From assembly GCA_965112735.1 (NCBI GenBank), contig OZ218950.1:6076001-6140000 (forward strand): DNA of 64,000 nucleotides. Direction: 5' to 3'. Numbering within the stretch: position 1 is the first letter of the stretch; every line of letters begins with the position of its first letter. The DNA is from Phaeosaccion multiseriatum. Taxonomy: Eukaryota; Protista; Ochrophyta, other classes. A program made the translations under genes and the position numbers. The notes below the pieces were generated by a model. It was not told the origin of the DNA and made no database searches. It saw only the letters and a program-made list of their open reading frames with translations. Below, in pieces: positions 1 to 10,607 of this stretch.

Positions 1-586
1 GCAGAGCCAGCAGGGTCAGGGGGGGAAGATAGCTCTGGTAGCGGTGGCCCGAGCGCTGGACTTTGACAATGGTGAAGCCAGACAGACCACCCGGTCTCTC
101 TCTCTGAATGATTGGGGTGCCGGAAGCTCCACTGAAAGAAAGGACCTAACAGCAGAAGAATCGTCGGCGAACACTGCCCGTCCTCCTTCTCCTCCTCCTC
201 CACCTCCTGCAGCAGCACTGCTCCCTCCTCCTGTTGCAGGCACCAACAGTGCTGCTGCCGCCGCCGACGACCTTCTCTGTGTGATTCCGTGGTATCTCAG
301 CAACGATCTCTCTATCAACCCCTTGGCTCACAGCAGCTGCAACAACAACGAGCTTGACAACCACTTCCACAGGAAGCGAGGCCAAGAGGAGCTGGCACTG
401 CTGCCGGGAGAGGTCCTGGGGCCTGCGAGCAGCGGTGGGAAGCAGCGACCACAGCACCGAAGATATCTCCGCTTCGATGATGATGGCTCCGGCTGCTCAA
501 CTGCCGCCCTGTCGGGCCTCTCCTCGTCTGATAATGATGACGACGAGGAGGATGTGGAGCGCCTCATCGATGTCTTCTTTGCGTGA
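1..586 (+). CDS. 3' end of an unknown low-complexity protein (5'-partial), acidic C-terminus
   Basis: Frame open from position 2 to TGA at 584-586; Pro/Ala runs, ends DDDEEDVERLIDVFFA; followed by GA/GGGA microsatellite non-coding DNA. No family recognised. Confidence 0.55.
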   Translation, partial: QSQQGQGGKIALVAVARALDFDNGEARQTTRSLSLNDWGAGSSTERKDLTAEESSANTARPPSPPPPPPAAALLPPPVAGTNSAAAAADDLLCVIPWYLSNDLSINPLAHSSCNNNELDNHFHRKRGQEELALLPGEVLGPASSGGKQRPQHRRYLRFDDDGSGCSTAALSGLSSSDNDDDEEDVERLIDVFFA

Positions 587-1300
587 CGAAGGTATTTGTA
601 GTAGGCAGGGAGAGAGAGAGAGGGACATGGAGGGGGTGAGAGGTAGGGAGGGAGGAGACTTAGACAGAGACAGAGAGTGGGAGAGAGAGAGACGGAGAGA
701 GACGGAGAGAGACGGAGAGTGAGAAGAGGAGAAAGGGGGAGAGAGAGAGGGAGGGAGGGAGGGAGGGAGGGAGGGAGGGGAAGGGAGAGAGAGAGAAAGA
801 AGAGAGAGAGCGAGAGACAGAGAGCTTTGCTACTAGTATTGAGCTGCTTTGGTGGAGGACCGACGCACTCAGGCATGGCACGCCACTCCAAGCCAACAAA
901 ATCGCCTGACGGATGGCACTCCAAGGCAACAAGACCGCCTGACGGATGGACTTCGGAGAGGTAGATAAAAGGTGGTAAATGCAGCTTGGACTATAGTACT
1001 GGACTATTACTTGGTAGAGAGTCTAGATCGAAAGAGCAGCTTTATTATTTGGGCTAATTTTGACGCATACATGTACATTATATATATAGGTATATACATA
1101 CAAGAAATTTGGAAACTGTACAGTGAGTGCTGGAACATAGCCTCCCTGCTCCTGTCCGGGCGGGGAGAGTCAAACTCAGCCCCTTACTCACAGCACAGAG
1201 AGTCAAGGGGGGAGCGGTTGGCGATACAGCAGCAGCAGCCATCTGGGCATCGGCAGCAGCCGCACTGATGCACGTTCCATACCCACTGCGTCCTCCAACG

Positions 1301-1532
1301 CAGCTTAACGACCCACCTCACAGCCTAATGGAGCTTAACGACCCACCTCACAGCATAATGGAGCTTAACGACACACCTCACAGCATAATGGAGCTTAACG
1401 ACACACCTCACAGCATAATGGAGCTTAACGACACACCTCACAGCATAATGGAGCTTAACGACACACCTCACAGCATAATGGAGCTTAACGACACACCTCA
1501 CAGCATAATGGAGCTTAACGACACACCTCACA
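1301..1532. repeat. 30-bp tandem minisatellite (CAGCATAATGGAGCTTAACGACACACCTCA), ~7.7 copies
   Basis: Units at 1321, 1351, 1381, 1411, 1441, 1471, 1501 plus a partial unit at 1301; head-to-tail with no spacers; the 5' units carry substitutions. Confidence 0.95.
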
Positions 1533-1723
1533 ACAAAACAAACAAGCAGAGGAAGACTTGATCCAATCATCCTTCCAAAGCCAAGACCGTCAAGCATAAA
1601 CCACGCACGAACGAAACTGCCATAGCGCAGCTCTCAAGCACCTACTTGTCAAGCAAGCACTATCGTTTTACGATCGTAAATAACCACGTCACACATACTC
1701 ACACCCCACCCAATTCACACACC

Positions 1724-2151
1724 CCTCCCTCCCTCCCTCCCTACCTACCTACCTACCTACCTACATACCTCCCTCCCTCCCTCCCTCCCTCCCTCCCTCC
1801 CTCCCTCCCTACCTACCTACCTCCCTCCCTCCCTCCCTCCCTCCCTCCCTCCCTCCCTCCCTCCCTCCCTCCCTCCCTCCCTCCCTCCCTCCCTCCCTCC
1901 CTCCCTCCCTCCCTCCCTCCCTCCCTCTCTCCCACACACACCCCTCTTACAATCTGCCTCCATTCCTCTGTGGCGTCATGCATCCCGACCACGCTGTGTC
2001 AGTGTGCCAGTCACTCACTCACTCACTCACTCACTCACTCACTCACTCACTCACTCATTCACTCACTCACTCACTCACTCACTCACTCACTCACTCACTC
2101 ACTCACTCACTCACTCACTCACTCACTCACTCACTCACTCACTCACTCACT
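1724..2151. repeat. (CCCT/CCTA)n and (TCAC)n microsatellite blocks
   Basis: (CCCT)n ~1724-1927 and (TCAC)n ~2010-2151 directly visible. Confidence 0.95.
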
Positions 2152-2214
2152 AACACATGCACGGACTCAGTCACGCACTCAGCCAGTCAGTCACTCAGTC
2201 ACTCAGTCATTCCC

Positions 2215-5200
2215 TCATTGCACCACCACCGTCACCACGCCCCACACAATGTAGTACAAAGCCACCCCCACGCCCAGAGCGACCTTCCGCAGGCGAGGAG
2301 GAGAAGAAGGAGATGGAGGAGGAGAAGGAGAAGAAGAAGGAGAAGGAAGAGTACGTCGAGAAGTAGCCCCTCTCGCGCCACGGACCCGTTCGTACGCCCC
2401 TCCCCGCCACTCTCTCTTGTCGGTGTCCATCTCCGCTCTGGCTGAGTGTCTCTGCTCCGCCTTGAGTCTATTCTTCTCCTTCTTCTGCTCCACCCTGAAC
2501 CTCTTCTTCTCCTTCTCCCTGTCCCTCCTGTTCTGCTTCTCCTCCTCTTTGTCCCTCTTCTTCTCCTTCTTCTCCTCGGTCTGAAGCCCCTTCTTCTCCT
2601 CCTGCCCCGACTTCAATACGTGCCGCTTCTTCTTTTTCTCCTCCTCCTTGAGTCTCGTCTTCTCCTCCTCCTTCTTGTGCCGCTTCTTCTCCTCCTTCTC
2701 CTCGGCCTTAAGCCTCGTCTTCTCCTCCTTCTCCTTGGCCTTAATTCTCTTCTTCTCCTCCTTCTCCTTGGCCTTAATTCTCTTCTTCTCCTCCTTCTCC
2801 TTGGCCTTAAGTCTAATCTTCTCCTCTTTCTCCTTGGCCCGAAGCATATTCTTCTCCTCCTGTCCGGCCTTCAATGCTAGCCTCTTCTCCTCCCTCCACT
2901 CCCTCTTGAGCCTCTTCTTCTCCTCCCTCTCTGCCCGCCGCACAAACCCCCTCTCTGCTCTCGTAGTCTCCTCCTTCGCCATCTGTGTCTTTCCTCCAGA
3001 TGGTAATGCCTGTGCTCCTGCCGTTACGACTGCCGCCGAGCCCCCTGCTGCTCTTACCATGCCGGTTTTCCCTTGCCATATCGCCGCATTGTCTGCCTCC
3101 AGCACTCCTCTCGGCAGCAACAGGTCGGCATCATCACTACCATGGCTCCTCCCAGCTAGATCACCAACTGCTGCTCCTGCTGTATCACCAACTGTAGCAG
3201 CCTTGCCTCCTCCTAGCTTTGACTGTGAGAACTCTCGCTCCTCCTCGTCCCCCTCCTCCTCCTCCTCCTCCTCCTCCTCCTCCCTCTCCCCCCTCTCCGC
3301 CATCCCTGCTACTACCATCCCTGCCTCCTTCGCCCCCCCAAGAGCAGTGCTCGTGCGATTGCTCGTACGATTTCGCCCCTCCCTCACGTCCTCGCCCACC
3401 TGTGAGCGTGGAGTCCTGGCACCAAGCGCCGCCGCGGTCGCCGCCGTCGCCGTCGGATATCGAAGAAGCGGAGACAGAGACGGACGAGACGCGAAAGGCA
3501 CAAGAAGCCCATCATCGTGCACCACCGCTCCCCCTCCTCCACTGCCATCTGTGACTCCTCCTCGCCCCCCTCTCCCTCCTCCTCTCCTTCCTCCTCCTCG
3601 CTGCTGCTGCTTCTTCCTCACCCCCAGCACCACCCCGGTCTCGTGTAGGAGGCGGAGGGGTAAGCTCATCACGTTCATCACCCCCACACCTAGACCCATA
3701 CCCAGGTCCTTCGTCAACCCCCAGCCGCAGTAGAAGTAGCAGCCAGTCGTCGCCAGCACGCCGGCCGCTATCAACAACACCCACATGCCCTCCTTCTTCT
3801 TCGTCGTCTTTTTCAGCCGTCCTGCTTGTTGGGGTTGGGTGTCCACTGTCCGCCTCCGCCCCCCAAGAGCAGTAGCACAAACGCCCCCCCCCCGCCCCGC
3901 CCCCTGCGTCTTGCTACTGCTGCTGCGACTGTTGCTGCTGCTAGTGCTGCTGCTGTACCGCCAACTGCTGTACCACCAACTGCTGCACCACCAAATGCTG
4001 TACCACCAACTACTCCTGTTCATCCGCAGCCTTGGCCTCGGCTCCGCCACACGCCTCAGCCCCAGCAAGGCGTACAGCACTCGATGAAGCGGCGAGAATG
4101 GGTTGAAGTGCGGGCCCCACTGCGTTTGAAGGAGGGCCACAGTCACAAAGAAGAGACCTACCAACGCCCGAGCTGCTGCTGATGTACCACCAACTGCATC
4201 ACCGCCAATAAGGCAGTAAAAGGAGTAGCCCACCGAAGCGACAAGCGAGCTCTGCAGCGGCCAAGACACCCCACCCCTGAGGCTGCCAAGGCCGCGATTG
4301 AAGGGCAGGAAGGCGCCCCCGCACCCCGCAGCCACACCCACCAGCACAGGCCCCATCAGGGACAGGCCCAAGCGAAGAGCACCAGGAGTACCCGCCACCA
4401 TCCACTGCCATCCCCCTCCCCCTCCTCCTTCCATCCATCGCCACCCCCCTCCTCCTCCGAAACCGAACTTGGCGACGACGGCTTGGTTCACCATATCGCA
4501 CACGAAATTCGCTCTATACAGCTCCGCCAGCACCACCAGCACATGGTGTGAGACAGGCCACCGCATGAGACAACCCACACAGTCGTGATGAGACAGAGTG
4601 GCTGACAAGTGCAGCAGCAGCCAGCTCAGGCACACACAAGGCAGGACGAGGTCATTGGTAAGGAGAGTGGGCGGTTTGCCGAGGAGGAGAGGGGCCAGGA
4701 GGCCGCCTCCGAAGGCGGTGAGACACACCAATGTGATGCTCAGCAGACAGGACGGCTGCAGAGGCTCTGCCAGCTGTGATGCTGTCGCACCCGCCCGTAT
4801 TGTAGTGTGTGACCCTGCCCCTGCTGCTGTCGTGTGCGGTGGTGTTGGTGCTGCTGGTGGTGCTACTGGTAGCACTGCTGCTGCTGCTGCTGCTGGTGCC
4901 GTTGGTAGTACTGAGGACGAGGATGACGCCACCATGCTTGCACTGCCTCTACTACTGCTGCTGCTGCTGCCCTCTGTTACTCGTCTACTGCCATCTGTGA
5001 CTTGTCTGCCGCTGTCATCTGTGACTCCGAGGAGGTGCAGTCGGCCGCAGAGCCCAAGCTGCCGAACCTTCATGCACCCCATGAGGGCGAAAACGAACAA
5101 GCTCATCTCCGCCAGCCCCGTCCAGCTCCTCCTCTCCGCCCCTTCTTCTTCTCCTCCTCCCTCTCTCCCTCCTTCTCCTCCTCCCCATCCACTGTTATCT

Positions 5201-7814
5201 CCTCCTCCTCCTCCTCCTCCTCCTCCTAGACAAAGGAAGCTCTCTAGCGAGGGCCACACTCCCGAGGAGGCCAACTCCCACATGTCTGTAAACTGAACTT
5301 GAAACCGAAGCTCCCAAATCTCCAGCCAGGCTGCACGCTTGTCAGCGTGCAGGCACTGCCGAAGCAGATACCAACACCCAACCACGGACAGTGTGTGCTG
5401 CTGCAACCAAGCGAAGCATGGTCCTCCCTCCTCCTCCTCCTCCTCCTCCTCCTCCACCTCCTCCGCATCAACAGGATTCTCCTGTGGTGCGAAAAAGATT
5501 GCTCGCTTTGTACAGAGTGACGAGGATGAAGACGCTGATGAGCCCACGTGTCTTTGATCGCAGAAGACCGGCTTTGCTCTTCTCCTAGCGGTGGGGTTGG
5601 ACTTGCCCTCATTTCCGCTGCTGCTGCTGCTGCTGCTGCTCGAAAAAATCCCCCTTTCACCTTCAGCCTCAGCCTCAGCCTCAGAAGAAGAAGAAGAAAA
5701 GGCCGAGGAGGAGCGAGGGCGACTGTGAGAGGAGGCGGGGGGAGGCCCCACCCACCGCCGCTTCGCCTCGACCTCGGCCGTCTCGACCTTGACCGTTGCT
5801 TTCTTCTTCTCTCGTTGCTTCTCCTGTTCCTCTTCCTTCTCGTCTTCCTTCTCCTTCTTCAGCACGTGGTGGCAGCAGCGGTGCTGGACCGCTCCGTCTC
5901 CTCCTCCTCCTCCTCCTCCTCCTCCTCCTCCTCCTCCTCCTCCTCCTCCTCCTCCTCCTCCTCCTCCTCCTCCTCCTCCTCTCCCCACACCTCTCCCTCT
6001 CCCCCCCCCCATCCCTGTGACTGCGTACAGAGCGCGGTGGATGGGGTGGAAGGGGTTGTAACGGCGACCAAAGACCGTCTGAAGGAGCGCCACGGCCACA
6101 AAGAAGACCGCTATCAGCGCTCGTAGTGATGCCTCTCGGGCGGCGGCTGCTGCTGCTTCTACGGCTGGCGACGACGGTGCCCCCACCTCAACAACCACCT
6201 CACCAACTTGGTCGGCGAGGCCACTACCACCGAGATAGGAGCGATTGGCGAAGAGTGTGGCGAGTATAGAGCCGGTCCATCCACCCCCCCGATTGACTGC
6301 GAGGTGGTACAGGGTAGCGCCGGCCAAAGCGCTCTGGATGGACCAGGGGAGGCCGTCCCTGTGGCGTAGAGGGGAGGGGGGGGGGATGGCAATGGATGGT
6401 GCGTGGGAGGCACGGCGGAGTTAAGTGGGACATAAGTTGGGAACAAGCGAAACGATCATGGTGCATGCATGCGTGCGTGCGTGCGTGCGTGCGTGCGTGT
6501 GTGTGTGCATGGGTGGCGTATGGTATGGTAGGGACGGAGCCCGGGGGGGAGCTGGGGTCGAAGAGTAGAGCCAGGCGCGTTGGAGTGGCTTGGGTCGGTT
6601 GGGCTGGTCTGCTGCTTCCGTTCCACTTGTTATGCGGTATCGTACCGTCACATCGCACTGTACGAGTTGGTGGTACACTCTCACTTACCGGGAAGGCAAA
6701 GAAGGAAAGAAAGCCTTGAGCCCATACACTCACTCACTCACTCACTCACTCACTTACCGAGAGGCAAGGCCCTCTCACCCTCACTTACCCTCCCCCCTCC
6801 CACCACCGCACTGAAGTACCAACTGCTCACTACAACTTGGCGCTTACTCACCGGAGGGTCCTGAGCCCGATACTCGGCGGCATAAACATGCCGCCACACG
6901 CCGCCACCGCTCCGACAATGATGGGGCCGAACAGGCGCATCACCATCGCGTGCGTACCAGTATCCTCGCCATTGAGATAATCGCCACTGCCACTGACATG
7001 ATGATCGTCACTGGTCAGGCCCTGCTGGAGAGAGGGGTGGGCGGCTGCGAGGGCCACAAAGTTGCAGAGGACGTTGGCTCGATACGCTTCCATGAGCACA
7101 ACAAGCAGCTGGTGCAGCACGGGTAGGGCCAGTAGCTTGGGAAGCACGTCTCTTGTGTGGTTGAGGAGGAACCAACAGGCCTGAGGGAGAGAGAGTGAGA
7201 GGGCGGGAGAGAGAGGCGGGGAGGGGGGGGGGATAAAACTGAGCCATGTCGATGCATCTGGAAAGACAATTCCTGCCTGCATCTCAGAGCGTATTCGTCT
7301 GTGTAGCGCGTTGGTTGATATGTGCGTGTTGATGACTTTACCGACTCGCTTACCACGGTGGTGGGGAGAAGGAAGTCATTAGAGAGCACTGGGGGTGGCT
7401 CCCGGAGCAGCAGAGGAGCCAGGATCAGCCCCCCAAAGTTGGTGAAGAGGACCAAGCTAATACCCTCCGGCCAGCTCGATGGCCGCATGGCCCGCACCTA
7501 GATTCAGTAAGGTGGAGCCAAGATGAGGAGGGGAGAGGAAGGAGAGGGGCATGGAGAGTCAACCCGCCCAGCCGTTAAGAGAGGGGACCGGTGGGAGAGT
7601 TGCGAAAGGGAGAACTTAACTAATGTTCACTGCAACTACTTGTATCATCCCTCCTCTTGCCCTTCCTTACCCGCATGCCTCCCATGAGGCTCAAAACGAT
7701 CATCGATACCTCCTCGCCTCCACTCCACTGCATCCTCAGCACTCTGTCCACCCAGCCAAGGCCAGAGCCGTCGCAGCAAGCCCAAGAGAGGGAAAAGGCT
7801 TCAACTGAGCCCAT
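2215..7814 (-). CDS. Membrane protein with two tandem TRIC/TMEM38 cation-channel-like domains and a C-terminal Lys/Glu-rich coiled coil; exons 7814-7671, 7497-7354, 7180-6852, 6358-2215 (~1,586 aa)
   Basis: GT-AG splicing keeps the frame. Domain 1: FTNFGGLILAPLLLREPPPVLSNDFLLPTTV-ACWFLL...VLMEAYRANVLC...GPIIVGAVAACGGMF. Domain 2: LTAFGGGLLAPLLLGKPPTLLTNDLVLPCVCLSWLLL...VLAELYRANFVC...GPVLVGVAAGCGGAF. Both resemble the TMEM38 pattern FGGGILS.LLL.EPP...N......W and E..R. The long last exon may hide in-frame introns. Confidence 0.75.
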
Positions 7815-8120
7815 CCTTCCTGCTCTTTGCCGGTCAGGCTCTCCCTCTCTCAGGCTTTCTCCTCACTCAGCCCGACCATCTGCATAAAGAGGCAAGATCC
7901 CCTTAAAAGAAAAAAGCTCTTTTGGCGGCGGGTGTGCAGAGATAGATCACTTCATTCGACATCGATTGGTACAGCACTCTAGCATAGATTCAGAGTGCGG
8001 GCGTAGGCTGTCAGAGGGATCCCAAAAGGGGGGTTTAGCTAAGGATATACTATTGAAAAAAAAAAGAGGAGAGGGGGTAACGGAAGTTGGTGATACACAA
8101 AAACACACACATACACAGTG

Positions 8121-8253
<133 letters not shown>

Positions 8254-8412
8254 TACACACACAGTGGGCGGCGTGGGTAGGTCCCCCCCATGCATTGCCG
8301 GGGTCTACACACGTAATATCGGCAGACCCCCCCGCATTGAAAGGGGTCCACCCCACCCCAGAAAGAAAGAAAGGCCTACAGTAAAGAAAGGGGTTTGCTC
8401 ATGTCCTTGGTT

Positions 8413-8952
8413 TCGGCCCCGTGCACGCCTAGCGGCCTAGGCTCTAGGCCGCTAGGCCGCTCGGCCTTCGGCCGAAATAGGCCTAGGCCGGCGGCCTCCG
8501 GCCGCTCTAGGCCGCTCACTTTTCAGCCCTAGGCGGCCTATAGCCCGCCTCTAGGCAGCCTCCCAGTGACCGTGGGCGCGTGCGTGGTGCCGCCCAGCCA
8601 GTGGGTAGCAGCACACCTGTAGGCCTGCACTCCTCGTAGGGCCAGCGAGGCGGAAAGAGACAACACGAACCAGTCTACTCCTCACTTATCCCATGCAATA
8701 CATTTGCTTAAAACTGACGACACTTGGGCGGGTTCCGGGCCAGCCCAGGGGCATATGATCGAATATGATCAATATGAGCATATTCCCGCCCTGGACCTGC
8801 GCCTAGTTGGCGTCTGCCCTAGGCCGCGGGCCTCCGGCCCCCGCCTAGGCCGCCGCCTAGGCGGCCTATAAATAGGCCGAGGGCCTACGGCCCTCGCTAG
8901 GCCGGGCAATTTTCAAAAATAGGCCTAGGCCGCTAGGCGTGCATGGGGCCGA
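8413..8952. mobile_element. Non-autonomous TIR DNA transposon (MITE), 540 bp, 30-bp TIRs, 6-bp TSD TTGGTT
   Basis: Left end TCGGCCCCGTGCACGCCTAGCGGCCTAGGC (8413-8442) equals the reverse complement of 8923-8952 with one mismatch; TTGGTT flanks both sides (8407-8412, 8953-8958); more than 12 CTAGGC/GCCTAG subterminal motifs; no coding capacity. Confidence 0.85.
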
Positions 8953-10369
8953 TTGGTTGTTGTCATTCAGATGTCCGCAACTGAAGATTGGCAGTCCGCC
9001 ACTTTTGAGAGTCCGTCCGTTCGATGCCGCGATGAATTTTTCTTCAATTCGTGGGAAAATGCGAAAATGCGGAAAGTGCTCGGCGAAGAAAAACAGTGAC
9101 AACGAACAAAGGTGCCGCCCTTGCCAAGAGAGAGAGGGAGAGAGTAGAAATATAATATTATAAGCAACTCAAAGTGGAAAGAGGGGGGGGGGGTGTCCGC
9201 TTATTCTGGGATTATAGGAATATAAGCAAAACATTCACCTTTCCCGCCGGTGAAGATGGCCTGATTCTGAGTTTGGCCGTGATGCTGGGGTGCCTGCTGG
9301 CGTCTGTTGCGGTCGGAGGATCACCCCCTGCATGCAGTCCACGAAAAATGGGTGGGGGTGGGGCACGGAGGAGGGGAGGAGAGGAGCAGGATGTGTGGTC
9401 TTGATCCGCCTCGCTCCCCTCTCCTGTTTATTGGAGTAGCTAGCTAGCGAGGGAGGGAGGCAGCGAGCCGAAGGAAGGGACAGCAGCGAGCGAAAAGCGA
9501 AACAAAGGAACACACAAGTTCTATTTCAAGAAGCGATTGACTTGCTTCATCTCACTGGAAGATATCCTCCCTCCGAAGAACTGACTGACTGACTGACAGA
9601 CAGACTGACAGATAGACTGCCTGACTGATGAATGACTGACTGACGGCCTTACTGACTGACGGTCTGACTGACTGACGGACTGCCTGTCTGCCCGAAGGCG
9701 TCACGTTCTTCCGTCCAATCATCATATATTCGCGGTGCCCTCGCAGACCCATGTAGCAGGTCTTAGTCCGTCCATCCACTGCCATCCCTCCCTCACAGCT
9801 GCTGAGCACTACCTCCCATCCGCTGCCGTCGATCCATCGGGATGGCAGACGATGTCGTGGGTCCTAGCGTCATCCTGACAGCTCTTTCCATGCCCACATG
9901 GTATGCCCCAGTCAGGATGGGAGGAGAACAGCTCGGTATTGAATGCCCCGTGTGCCTCTGTATGCCCTCTATACCTGTGTGTAACTGTATGCCCAACGGC
10001 TGAGGTAAGCCACGCGAGCGAAGCACACCGGGACTGCCCACCCTACCCCACCCACATAGCGATGGCACCAGAGGGATGGATGGATGACCGGCCATCAATC
10101 ACACCTCGGCCTGACCCCCCTTCCCACTCCAAGGGACGACACAGGAGAGATGGGATGGATGGGCCTCACCGCACTCTGATCATTGGGAGGTCTGGTCATC
10201 GCCCCCCCCCATCCCGTCCCTGTCCGCGAAAAGTGCCGACACGGGTGCAGGAGCATCAGCAGCAACAGCAGCAGCAACAGCGTCAACATCAGCAACAGCA
10301 TCAGCAACAGCCTGCCCCGCCCTCCTCCACCGAGGCTCCACTCCTGGGCTGCGCGGCCATACCATGCTG

Positions 10370-10567
10370 CTATGTTGTGTTAGTACGCGGTCCGTTGCTT
10401 GCCTGCTTCATCGTGACCGGCGGCCCGAGGTAAGTGCCCACCCTAGGCATGCCCCCGGTGGGCTGCACGATCTCTACGAAGCGCACATTGTACTCCTCCG
10501 AGCTGAGGAGATGGCAGTGGATGGGGGGTGAGGGGAGAAGGAGGACGAGAAAGAGGAGGACAAGACC

Positions 10568-10607
<40 letters not shown>

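Noticed and set aside
1301-1532. CRISPR-like 30-bp repeats
   Set aside because: Units are contiguous with no unique spacers, there are no cas genes, and the context is eukaryotic.
9842-10003. 53-aa Cys-rich ORF (…ECPVCLCMPSIPVCNCMPNG) resembling a metal-binding peptide
   Set aside because: Short, Cys codons come from TG-rich sequence, and no recognisable family or gene structure.
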